NCBI GenBank assembly: GCA_964633415.1
Contig: CAZWFY010000006.1
Location: forward strand, 6,099 to 70,098
DNA length: 64,000 nt
Reading direction: 5' to 3'
DNA from: an uncultured Clostridia bacterium
GTDB lineage: Bacteria > Acidobacteriota > Aminicenantia > UBA2199
Shown: positions 16,720 through 25,776 of the stretch, piece after piece
Layout of the letters: each line of letters begins with the position of its first letter
Numbering within the stretch: the stretch's first letter is position 1
The notes under the pieces: model-generated
What the model was told of the DNA's origin: nothing
What the model saw: only the letters and a program-made list of their open reading frames with translations
Database searches by the model: none
Made by a program: the position numbers and the translations under genes

Positions 16720-18963
16720 TCATTGTTTTTTGCGGCTGTCTAGAATGGAGGAAAAAACTTCAATAAGTTTTATAGTATGATTCTTTATCCTTAACAGATC
16801 TCTCGTGAAACCGTAAAAAAGTATGCTAAGACGTGTTTTGGAAGATTCATCCTTTATTCTCTCAACCTGATTTTTATCAAATAAATCAATTAATTTATCA
16901 ATCTTATATTTGTTTGATTTTATTTTATTTAAAACTTTTTTATCTTTATTCATCAATGCATTATATGAATCATCGAGTAATTTAAAGAGAGCTTCTCTAA
17001 TTTCATTTAATTCATTAAGTTGAACTTCCATCAAACCCATATGATTATTTTCCACATGCAGATATCCTCTTATTATAAGATCGTTCTGACATTCGGCAAT
17101 TCCCTGAAGTGAATTTATTGCAAGGGCAAAATCTTTTGAATATCCTTCCTTCTCTTTTTGAAGCAACCTTAATGTTTTAAAGATATTTGCAGCTATTATA
17201 TTTGCAGTATAGTTGTTTTTTTTCGCCTCTTTTTTTGCTTTTCTAAGTATGAAACGATCTTTTTTTGCAACACCGTCAAATCCTTTCTTTAAAACTTCAG
17301 AAACCTTTTTTAAGAATAGACCCGCATGTTTTAGAGTTGTATCCGTTGCATATGAAATATCTTTGATTTTTTTTAGATTGAATATTTCCATCTCTTTAGA
17401 TTCCGCTTCTCTTCTTTTGTGTATGGAATGATTACGGTATATCATACCGAGACTTATGAATAGTAATATGATAAAACCGAATACTCTGAATTTGAAAAGT
17501 ATAAAGGCGTAAAATCCCGAAACAAGAAAAGCAACGAATGCGGTCATAAACCATCCTCCGATAACGGCAAAAACTCCGGCGACTCTGTAAACGGCACTGT
17601 CAAGTCCCCATGCCCTGTCGGAAAAGGAGGTACCCATTGCGACCATGAATGTAACATATGTGGTGGAAAGAGGAAGTTTGTAAGATGTAGCGATTGATAT
17701 GAGAATGCTTGCAACCATAAGATTAACGGAAGCTCTTATTAGATCAAATGCCGGCTTTTCATCGTCATTTACGGTCAATGTCGAACCGACCTGAAGAAAT
17801 CTTTTGTTCATTATATCATTGATCTTTGAAGGAATTAATTTCCTGAAAACTTCGGAAAAATTTGAGAATATTCTGACTACCGATCTTGAAAGAGGAGATG
17901 ACCCGAACCTCTCAAATCCTTCATCCTGTCTGCCGAGGTTGATTTCGGTTTTTGTAACATTCCTTGACTTTTTTGAAAACCATAAAGTTAAAGCCATTAT
18001 AATTCCGGCGATTATCAGTAAAAGAGTGTGGGACGGAGTTTTACCTTGAAGTTGGGTCATTAGAACGGAATCGGGAGATGAACTTTTTATAGCAACATTA
18101 TAAGAACTTAATCCGGCAAGAGGAACTCCTATGAAATTTACAAGATCATTTGCCGCAAAAGCCATTGCAAGTGCAAAAGTACCTATTAAAACAATAATTT
18201 TCAAAATATCAATATTTGAAACGAATAAAATTATTTGGAGAAGAACGGAATAGGAGATAAAAGAGATAAGGCTGACTTTAAATGTGTGTGTTTTTATCCA
18301 GAAAAGAGTTTCAGGTGTGATGAATGTGGCACCTTTCGCACCTTTTATCAGTATAAAATATGTAATGGAAGTTAATGCAATTCCGCCCCATAATGCTCCA
18401 TACCTTTTTATTCTCTTCTTATAATCGAAGGTAAATATTAACCTCGTAATATACTGAAATACAGCACCTATGAAAAAAGCAACAATTACGGAGAGAAGAA
18501 TACCGAGTATAATTGTAAGTGCTTTGCTTGAATTTATATATTTAACAAGATTGTTGTAAGATTCTCCGAGACGAATGATCTTTAACATAGAGATTGATAC
18601 TGCAGCTCCGAGTAGTTCAAAAACTATTGAGACCGTCGTTGATGTAGGAAGACCGAATGTGTTGAATGTGTCAAGAAGAAGTATGTCTGTGAGCATAACC
18701 GCAAGAAAGATAATTATCAATTCCGGCATTGTAAAGAATTTAGGATGAAATATTCCTTTTCTTGCAACTTCCATCATTCCGCTTGAAAAAATCACACCGG
18801 AAAGAAGACCCATACTTGCAATTATCAGTATCTTTTTTCTTGATGCAACAAGAGATCCGAACGAGGAATTTAAAAAATTAACCGCATCATTACTTACTCC
18901 GACAATAATATCGGCAAGGGCTAAAGCACCGAGTATTAAAAGTGCAATAAAATAAAGTTCCAT
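16720..18963 (-). CDS. PiT-family inorganic phosphate transporter fused to a C-terminal PhoU-like cytoplasmic domain.
   Basis: N-terminal GVSNDAVNF...GANDLVNFIGVPLAG (PHO4 signature repeats) within about 10 TM helices. The soluble C-terminal roughly 230 aa is helical and PhoU-like. Confidence 0.8.
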   Translation of the reverse strand: MELYFIALLILGALALADIIVGVSNDAVNFLNSSFGSLVASRKKILIIASMGLLSGVIFSSGMMEVARKGIFHPKFFTMPELIIIFLAVMLTDILLLDTFNTFGLPTSTTVSIVFELLGAAVSISMLKIIRLGESYNNLVKYINSSKALTIILGILLSVIVAFFIGAVFQYITRLIFTFDYKKRIKRYGALWGGIALTSITYFILIKGAKGATFITPETLFWIKTHTFKVSLISFISYSVLLQIILFVSNIDILKIIVLIGTFALAMAFAANDLVNFIGVPLAGLSSYNVAIKSSSPDSVLMTQLQGKTPSHTLLLIIAGIIMALTLWFSKKSRNVTKTEINLGRQDEGFERFGSSPLSRSVVRIFSNFSEVFRKLIPSKINDIMNKRFLQVGSTLTVNDDEKPAFDLIRASVNLMVASILISIATSYKLPLSTTYVTFMVAMGTSFSDRAWGLDSAVYRVAGVFAVIGGWFMTAFVAFLVSGFYAFILFKFRVFGFIILLFISLGMIYRNHSIHKRREAESKEMEIFNLKKIKDISYATDTTLKHAGLFLKKVSEVLKKGFDGVAKKDRFILRKAKKEAKKNNYTANIIAANIFKTLRLLQKEKEGYSKDFALAINSLQGIAECQNDLIIRGYLHVENNHMGLMEVQLNELNEIREALFKLLDDSYNALMNKDKKVLNKIKSNKYKIDKLIDLFDKNQVERIKDESSKTRLSILFYGFTRDLLRIKNHTIKLIEVFSSILDSRKKQ

Positions 18964-19195
18964 TTTATCTCCATAGTTGTTTATTAATTATACCTTGTTT
19001 GGAATATAACATAATCCATTTTAATTATTTCTTTTAAAGAGTTCAAGCGTTTATTAAAATATATGATAATAAAAAACAATTTAGACTCTGATTGGTTATA
19101 TATATTTTGCAAATCAAATGATATAGCCGTCTTTTTTTATTCAATAAGATTATCCTAATTATAACTTTATCCTCAATATACAATATGAATGCTTC

Positions 19196-19224
19196 TTGAC
19201 AAAGGGTGAATTTTTTCATATAAA
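19196..19224 (+). promoter_or_regulatory. Candidate promoter TTGACA-17-TATAAA for the EF-G-paralogue operon.
   Basis: Consensus -35 at 19196-19201 and -10 at 19219-19224. The RBS GGAGG lies 6 nt before the ATG at 19246. Confidence 0.4.
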
Positions 19225-19245
19225 TAATTTTACTTCGGAGGAAAA

Positions 19246-21327
19246 ATGAAGAGTACAAAAAGTGAAAATTTGAGAAATGTTTCAGTAGTAGGGCATGGAC
19301 AGTCAGGCAAAACAAGTCTTGTTTCCGCATTTTTATTCAATACGAAAATGGTTAACAGACTCGGAAAAGTCGATCAAGGTAATACGGTTACAGATTATGA
19401 GGAAGAAGAGTTAGAGAAAAAGATATCGATCCAAGCTTCTCTTGCATATGCTGTAAACGGAAAGTACAAGATCAATATAATTGACACTCCCGGATATGCA
19501 AATTTTATTTGGGAAGCAAGAATTGCCTTGAGAGCTACGGAAACCGCTCTGATCGTTATAAACGGGGTTGAGGGAGTTGAAGTTCAGACAGAGAAGGTTT
19601 TTGATGCTTCTTCGGAGTTGAATCGTTCTGTTGTATTTGTAGTAAATAAAATGTCTAAGGAACTTTCCGATTTTAATAAAACATTAGGATCTCTATCCGA
19701 GTCTTTTGGGAAAAATGTAATCTCGGTCCAATATCCGATCGGATCAGGGGAAAATTTCAAAGGTGTGGTTGATCTTATTGAGATGAAAGCATTCCTTTAT
19801 GCTAAAGATGAATCCGGAACTCCGGAAATCACTGATATACCTTCCGATATTAAAGAGGAAGTTGATAAAAAAAGAGAAGAACTTATAGAAAAGATTGCAG
19901 AGAACGATGAAGAGTTAATGGAAAAATATTTTGAATCTGGTGATCTTAGTCATGAAGATATTTTAAAAGGATTAAAAACAGCTGTTTTAAACAGGGAAAT
20001 TTTTCCGGTTTTGATAACTGATGCTTATTTAAATATCGGAGCTGACAGGGTTATTGATTTTATTGAAAAATATAATCCGTCTCCCTTGGATTCAGGCGAG
20101 GTAAAAGCTATTGAAGGAGTTGTAAAACCTGATCCATCCGAACCGTTTTCAGGGCTTGTTTTTAAAACAATATCCGATCCTTTTACAGGAAAAATATCGA
20201 TTATAAGAGTTTTTTCAGGAATGTTTAAACCTGATTCATCTTACTATAATTCCAATAAAGAGACTGATGAGAGAGTAGGTTCAATGTTTTATCTTCAGGG
20301 GAAAAACCAGGAACCTGCCGAAGAAGTTTTTCCGGGAGATATTGTTGCGGTTGCAAAGTTAAAAGAGACTCAGACCGGAGATACTCTTACTATTAAAGGT
20401 CAGAAAATAAAATTCGGAGAGTTCAAATATCCTGTTCCGTCAATCTCTTTTGCAATAGAGCCTAAATCAAGAGCGGATGAAGGAAAAATCTCAAATGCTT
20501 TCCACCGTATTTTTGAGGAAGATCCCACTGTGAAAACTCACAGGGACACTCAGACAAAGGAGTTGGTCATTTCAGGTAACGGTCAACTGCATGTAGAACT
20601 TATTGTTAACAAACTTCACAAGAAATATGGTGTTGAAGTTGAAATGAAGCCTCCGAAAATTCCGTATCTTGAAACAATCAAAGGTAAAGCCGATATAAAT
20701 CATAAATATAAAAAACAGAGTGGAGGAAGAGGTCAATACGGTCATGTTGTAATAAAGATCGAGCCTCTCCCGAGAGGAAAAGATTTTGAGTTTGTTGATT
20801 CTATTTTCGGAGGAGCAATACCAAAAAATTATATTCCGGCTGTTGAAAAAGGTATAAGAGAATCAAAAGATAAAGGTGTTCTTGCCGGTTATCCCGTAGT
20901 GGATTTTAAGATAGATCTTTACGACGGCAGTTATCATGATGTTGATTCATCGGATATGGCATTTAAAATTGCAGCTTCTATGGCTTTTAAGAAAGGTATA
21001 AAAGCAGCTAAACCGACTATTCTTGAACCTATCATGGATGTTGAGGTTGTTACTCCGGAAGAATTTATGGGAGATATCAATGGAAATCTGAGCGGTCGAA
21101 GAGGGCGTATTCAGGGAATGGAAGCTAAGGGGAAAAATCATGTTATTAAAGCAATGGTTCCTATGGTTGAAATGCTTGATTTCGAACCCAATCTCACTTC
21201 GATTACCGGAGGTAGAGGAAGCTATTTTATGGAATTATCACACTATGAAGAGGTTCCCGCTCAATTGCAGAAAAAGATTATTGCAGAAGCTGTAAAAGAG
21301 GGCAGGGTAAAGGAAGAAGAGGAGTAA
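19246..21327 (+). CDS. Elongation factor G paralogue with degenerate GTPase motifs.
   Basis: Full five-domain EF-G architecture (693 aa). G1 is GHGQSGKTS. Switch II is DTPGY, where canonical EF-G has DTPGH. G4 is NKMS where NKxD is expected. Confidence 0.85.
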   Translation: MKSTKSENLRNVSVVGHGQSGKTSLVSAFLFNTKMVNRLGKVDQGNTVTDYEEEELEKKISIQASLAYAVNGKYKINIIDTPGYANFIWEARIALRATETALIVINGVEGVEVQTEKVFDASSELNRSVVFVVNKMSKELSDFNKTLGSLSESFGKNVISVQYPIGSGENFKGVVDLIEMKAFLYAKDESGTPEITDIPSDIKEEVDKKREELIEKIAENDEELMEKYFESGDLSHEDILKGLKTAVLNREIFPVLITDAYLNIGADRVIDFIEKYNPSPLDSGEVKAIEGVVKPDPSEPFSGLVFKTISDPFTGKISIIRVFSGMFKPDSSYYNSNKETDERVGSMFYLQGKNQEPAEEVFPGDIVAVAKLKETQTGDTLTIKGQKIKFGEFKYPVPSISFAIEPKSRADEGKISNAFHRIFEEDPTVKTHRDTQTKELVISGNGQLHVELIVNKLHKKYGVEVEMKPPKIPYLETIKGKADINHKYKKQSGGRGQYGHVVIKIEPLPRGKDFEFVDSIFGGAIPKNYIPAVEKGIRESKDKGVLAGYPVVDFKIDLYDGSYHDVDSSDMAFKIAASMAFKKGIKAAKPTILEPIMDVEVVTPEEFMGDINGNLSGRRGRIQGMEAKGKNHVIKAMVPMVEMLDFEPNLTSITGGRGSYFMELSHYEEVPAQLQKKIIAEAVKEGRVKEEEE

Positions 21328-21343
21328 TCAACCCTTTATATTT

Positions 21344-22303
21344 ATGAGTTCATATATAACGGATAGTTATGGTGTCACTACTATCGACACAAAATATCTA
21401 AACCGAAAAGAGTATGCCGCAAGCTATATAATTCAGTCGGAAGGCGAGGCTGCAATAATTGAAACAAATACGAATTTTGCAATTCCGAATATTTTAAGAG
21501 CGGTTGAGGGAATAGGTCTTGATCTTAGAGGTGTAAAATATGTGATACTTACACATGTTCATCTTGATCATGCAGGCGGAGCAGGAAAACTTATGAAGTT
21601 ATTGCCCAATGCTAAATTGATAGTTCATCCGAGAGGTTCAAGGCATATGATTTCACCGGAAAGACTAATTGAAAGTGTTAAGAGTGTATATGGTGAAAAA
21701 AAATATAGAGAAATGTATGGAGATATAGTCCCGGTCCAAGAAGATAAAATTATTAATTCTTATGAGAATATGGTTTTAAATCTTGGAAGAAAAGATCTTG
21801 AGATATTGGAATCTCCGGGACATGCAAAACATCATATAATCGTTTTTGATAAAACCGAAGGAACGGTTTTCACCGGTGACAGCTTTGGAATAGGATATCC
21901 GAGATTCGGTTTTGAAAAGGGGTTTCTTATCTTCCCGTCAACTTCTCCCGTCCAGTTCGACCCTGAATCCGCAGTGAATACCTATAAGAAAATTGTAAGA
22001 TTGAATCCGGTAAATATATATTTGACTCATTTCGGCTCCGTCGAAGATATTCAAAGAATAGAAAATGAATTGTTAGAAGCAATTGATTTGTTTTTATCGG
22101 AAGGAAATAAACTTTTAAAAAAGGGACTGAAACATTCCGAATTAAGCAGTTCTATTCTTGAAAAAATCTGGGTATATTTTGATAAAAAGATTTTCAACTT
22201 TTCCGGCAAGCATCTTACAAAAGAAGACAGGGATTATCTATTTCTTGATGCAGATTTAAATTCTAAAGGTATTGCATTTTTTCTTGAGAAGCAGGGAAAT
22301 TGA
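21344..22303 (+). CDS. MBL-fold metallo-hydrolase.
   Basis: LTHVHLDHAGGAG (HxHxDH motif). It lies 16 nt downstream of the EF-G paralogue, and its stop overlaps the next ATG. Confidence 0.8.
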   Translation: MSSYITDSYGVTTIDTKYLNRKEYAASYIIQSEGEAAIIETNTNFAIPNILRAVEGIGLDLRGVKYVILTHVHLDHAGGAGKLMKLLPNAKLIVHPRGSRHMISPERLIESVKSVYGEKKYREMYGDIVPVQEDKIINSYENMVLNLGRKDLEILESPGHAKHHIIVFDKTEGTVFTGDSFGIGYPRFGFEKGFLIFPSTSPVQFDPESAVNTYKKIVRLNPVNIYLTHFGSVEDIQRIENELLEAIDLFLSEGNKLLKKGLKHSELSSSILEKIWVYFDKKIFNFSGKHLTKEDRDYLFLDADLNSKGIAFFLEKQGN

Positions 22304-22968
22304 AAAAAAACGAACCGATAATAAAAATTAAGGATGTAGGGAAAAGTTTTATACAACCTGACGGAACAAAGTTACAGGTACTGTCAGGCATAAATTTTTC
22401 AATTGAGAGAGGAAAAATATTTTCAATTACAGGAGTTTCGGGTTCCGGGAAGAGTACGCTGTTACATCTCATGGGAAGTTTTGAAAAACCCGATTCCGGA
22501 AATATCTTTTTTTCAGGAGAAGACATAAATAAGTTTAATAAAAAGAGACTTACGGAATATAGAAATTCCGAAATAGGTTTTATCTATCAATTTCATTATC
22601 TAATGCCTGAACTTACTATTCTTGAAAATGTTTCATTCCCTATGTTAATTAAAGACTTTAACAGGAAAAAGGCTGAAGAGCGTGCAAAAATATTACTTGA
22701 GAAGGTCGGGTTGAGAGAAAGAGTTTTAAATATGCCTTCGGATCTTTCGGGAGGAGAAAGGCAGAGAGCGGCAATTGCAAGAAGTTTGATAAACAGACCT
22801 GAACTTCTTCTTGCAGACGAGCCTACCGGAAATCTCGATAGAAGAACCGGAAATAGAGTTTTTGAACTATTTCTTGAATTGATAAGAGAGTATAATCTTA
22901 CTGCTGTTATTGCCACACACAATGAGTCTCTTGCGGAAAGATCGGATTTTAATCTTCATCTGATCTAA
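22300..22968 (+). CDS. ABC transporter ATP-binding protein of the LolD/FtsE/MacB subfamily, with no cognate permease in the operon.
   Basis: Walker A GVSGSGKST, signature LSGGERQRAAIARSL, Walker B LLLADEPTGNLD, 222 aa. The next gene is convergent mltA, so no permease follows. Confidence 0.85.
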   Translation: MKKNEPIIKIKDVGKSFIQPDGTKLQVLSGINFSIERGKIFSITGVSGSGKSTLLHLMGSFEKPDSGNIFFSGEDINKFNKKRLTEYRNSEIGFIYQFHYLMPELTILENVSFPMLIKDFNRKKAEERAKILLEKVGLRERVLNMPSDLSGGERQRAAIARSLINRPELLLADEPTGNLDRRTGNRVFELFLELIREYNLTAVIATHNESLAERSDFNLHLI

Positions 22969-24172
22969 AACCGTTTAAATCTTTTTTTATTAGAAAATAT
23001 AGTTTCCCATACTCTTTCAAGTGACCTGCAATGAGTTCACTATCTTTGCCATGACCGCAAAAAATATCTGCTCTTCCCGGTGTTTTAATTGCACCGCCGG
23101 TATCCTGATTCAGCATAAAACCTTTGAATGCGGAATAACCGGAAATAGAGCCGTTCTTATTAAAAACAGGAAGTTTTGTCTCAATATAACAAAGTGCTCC
23201 TTTTGGAAAGATTTTACGGTCGGTTGCAATAGTTCTGAACGGGGTTACTATAACTCCGAGAGATCCTACAGGTCCTTCATCAACTTCTCTGAAAAAAACG
23301 TAGGATTGATTGTAGTTTAATATTTCATCGGTTTCACTCGGATGATCCGAGATATATTTTTTTATAAATTGCATTGAAAGATCATCATAGGAGCAGATAT
23401 TATTCTCAACTAAATATTTCCCTATCGATCTGTATGGATGACCGTTGCTATCGGAATAATTGACACGGATAGAACTACCGTCATTAAGAGTCACAATTCC
23501 CGAACCTTGAATTTGTAGAAAAAAAAGATCAACTCTGTTATCTATCCATATAAGTTCAAGACCTTTTCCCGAGAGTACATTCTCGTTGTCTATCTCTTTT
23601 CTCCCGTAATAAGGTATAATTCTTTTGTCTTCCGTTATTCTTCCTCTTAAAACAGAAGGAAGAGAGTTGAACTTTTTATAAAATTTAAATTTTGAAAGAT
23701 CTATTTTAACAAGGTCTTCGGGAGTTTTATAAAGAGGAAATCTGAATTGATCATCCTGTTCTCTGGAACCTTTTAATTCAGCTTCAAAATATCCGGTAAA
23801 TAGAACTTTTCCGGATTGACTTTCAAAAAAAAGATAATTTTCTTTGATATATGAAAAAAAATTTTGAGTGAGTCCGGATTTGTTTAATTCGGATTTAAAA
23901 TCTTTAAGGGAGTTTAAAACACTATAACCGGAAAATTTTTTCCCACTGTAAAAAAAATCGGAATTAATTTTTTTCTTAAAATATTCAATGGAATTTTCAA
24001 CAGCATCGGTAAGAGTGTTTAAATTGCCGGAATCATAAATCGGTGGTGAAAGAGTGATAGTTAAGGAGTTTTCTTTTGTCCATTTTTTTTCTTTTGATAA
24101 AATGAAAATCATTAAAATCGTAATTAAGATAAGAGTAAAAACGGATCCGAAAATCAGGAGTTTTTTTTTCAT
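22949..24172 (-). CDS. mltA: Membrane-bound lytic murein transglycosylase A (MltA-like, 3D domain).
   Basis: Signal/TM N-terminus, a central MltA domain (...LTGYFEAELKGS...) and a C-terminal 3D-like region. Confidence 0.7.
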   Translation of the reverse strand: MKKKLLIFGSVFTLILITILMIFILSKEKKWTKENSLTITLSPPIYDSGNLNTLTDAVENSIEYFKKKINSDFFYSGKKFSGYSVLNSLKDFKSELNKSGLTQNFFSYIKENYLFFESQSGKVLFTGYFEAELKGSREQDDQFRFPLYKTPEDLVKIDLSKFKFYKKFNSLPSVLRGRITEDKRIIPYYGRKEIDNENVLSGKGLELIWIDNRVDLFFLQIQGSGIVTLNDGSSIRVNYSDSNGHPYRSIGKYLVENNICSYDDLSMQFIKKYISDHPSETDEILNYNQSYVFFREVDEGPVGSLGVIVTPFRTIATDRKIFPKGALCYIETKLPVFNKNGSISGYSAFKGFMLNQDTGGAIKTPGRADIFCGHGKDSELIAGHLKEYGKLYFLIKKDLNGFRSDED

Positions 24173-24273
24173 AAAATTATTATAACATTATTAAAACTTT
24201 TATAATTTATTCACGTAATCAATAATATATTTGAATCAAAAAATATGGTAATATTCAAAAGGAGGAGGAATTA

Positions 24274-25776
24274 ATGAAAAGATTTTTGATCGTTATATTT
24301 ATTGTGGTTTTTTCCATATCTTTTTTATCCGGAAACAGTTTTAATTTTGATTCTGTTAAGAAAAGAATAACAAAATTTAAACTTGAAAACGGCTTAACGT
24401 TTATATTGCTTGAGGATCATTCGGTTCCGATCGTATCATTTGTTACATATGCGAATGTCGGCAGCAGTGATGAAAGAATAGGTATTTACGGAATATCCCA
24501 TTTCCTTGAACATCTTGCATTTAAAGGTACTACTGAAGTGGGAACAAGGAATCCTGCAAAAGAGAGAGCTGTTCTTGATAAAATGGACCGGATATTTAAT
24601 GAGATTTTAATTGAAAGAAGCAGAATCAATCCTGATAATGAGAAAATAAAAAAACTTAAAAAGGATTTGGATGGAGTTAGAAATGAAGCTTCAAAATTTG
24701 TTGTATCAAATGAGTTTGATACCATTTTAAAAAGAAACGGAGGGGTTGGACTGAATGCCGGTACAAGCAGTGATTCAACGGTATATTTTTACAGTCTTCC
24801 GTCTAATAAAATCGAGCTCTGGGCATATCTTGAATCGGGAAGATTTTCATATCCTGTTTTCCGTGAATTTTACAAGGAGCGTGAGGTTATTAAAGAGGAG
24901 AGAAGATTAAGAACTGAAAACTCTCCTATCGGAAAACTTATTGAAGAGCTTCAAGCTATTGCATTTAAAGATCATCCTTATAAAGTCAGTGTTATAGGTC
25001 CTATGAGTAATATTAATCATATTTCAAGATCGGATGTAAAAGCTTATTTCAGAAAACATTATACTGCAAAAAATCTCGTGATTGGTGTTGCCGGTGATGT
25101 AACTCCCGGTAATTTAAAAAAACTTGTAAAGAGATATTTCACGAAAATACGCAGTGGAGAAAAAAATGAAAGAGTTTTCACCATAGAACCGAAACAACCG
25201 GGTGAAAAAAGGATGACATTGCATGAGGATTCTCAGCCATGGGTTTTAATGGCTTATCACTGTCCTTCCGAATTAAGTCCGGATTTTAGTAAATTTGAAG
25301 TTTTGAATTATATTCTTACTAACGGAAGAAGTTCAAGACTCAATAAAAAAATGGTTTCAAAGGATAAATCCGCTATGGCGGTAGGATCGTTTGCCGGTTT
25401 CCCCGGGTCAAAATATCCTTCATTATATCTTATCTTTGCTCTACCGAATATGAAACATTCAACTGCCGAAATGGAGAAAGTCATATCTTCCGAAATAGAA
25501 AAATTGAAAACCGAAAAGATTAGTGATGAAGAGTTGATCTCTGCAAAAAACAGGATCAAGGTTGATTCAATTAAACGTATGAAATCTAATCAGGGATTAC
25601 TTAACGGACTTTTAAGAGCTGAAGTTGTTCAGGGAGGATGGGAAAAACTGTTTGATTCTATTGTTGAAACCGACAAAGTGACTGCCGATGATATTATGAA
25701 TCTTGCAAAAACCTACTTTACCGACAACAACAAGGTGCTTATAAAGATCGAAAAAAAGAAGGAGGTTAAAAAATGA
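24274..25776 (+). CDS. M16-family zinc peptidase, active subunit (HxxEH).
   Basis: Signal peptide and inverted zincin motif HFLEHLAFKGT, 500 aa. Confidence 0.85.
   Translation: MKRFLIVIFIVVFSISFLSGNSFNFDSVKKRITKFKLENGLTFILLEDHSVPIVSFVTYANVGSSDERIGIYGISHFLEHLAFKGTTEVGTRNPAKERAVLDKMDRIFNEILIERSRINPDNEKIKKLKKDLDGVRNEASKFVVSNEFDTILKRNGGVGLNAGTSSDSTVYFYSLPSNKIELWAYLESGRFSYPVFREFYKEREVIKEERRLRTENSPIGKLIEELQAIAFKDHPYKVSVIGPMSNINHISRSDVKAYFRKHYTAKNLVIGVAGDVTPGNLKKLVKRYFTKIRSGEKNERVFTIEPKQPGEKRMTLHEDSQPWVLMAYHCPSELSPDFSKFEVLNYILTNGRSSRLNKKMVSKDKSAMAVGSFAGFPGSKYPSLYLIFALPNMKHSTAEMEKVISSEIEKLKTEKISDEELISAKNRIKVDSIKRMKSNQGLLNGLLRAEVVQGGWEKLFDSIVETDKVTADDIMNLAKTYFTDNNKVLIKIEKKKEVKK

Noticed and set aside
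19043-19330. 95-aa minus-strand ORF.
   Set aside because: It covers the promoter, RBS and start of the EF-G paralogue. It sits in an AT-rich intergenic region and has no homology features.
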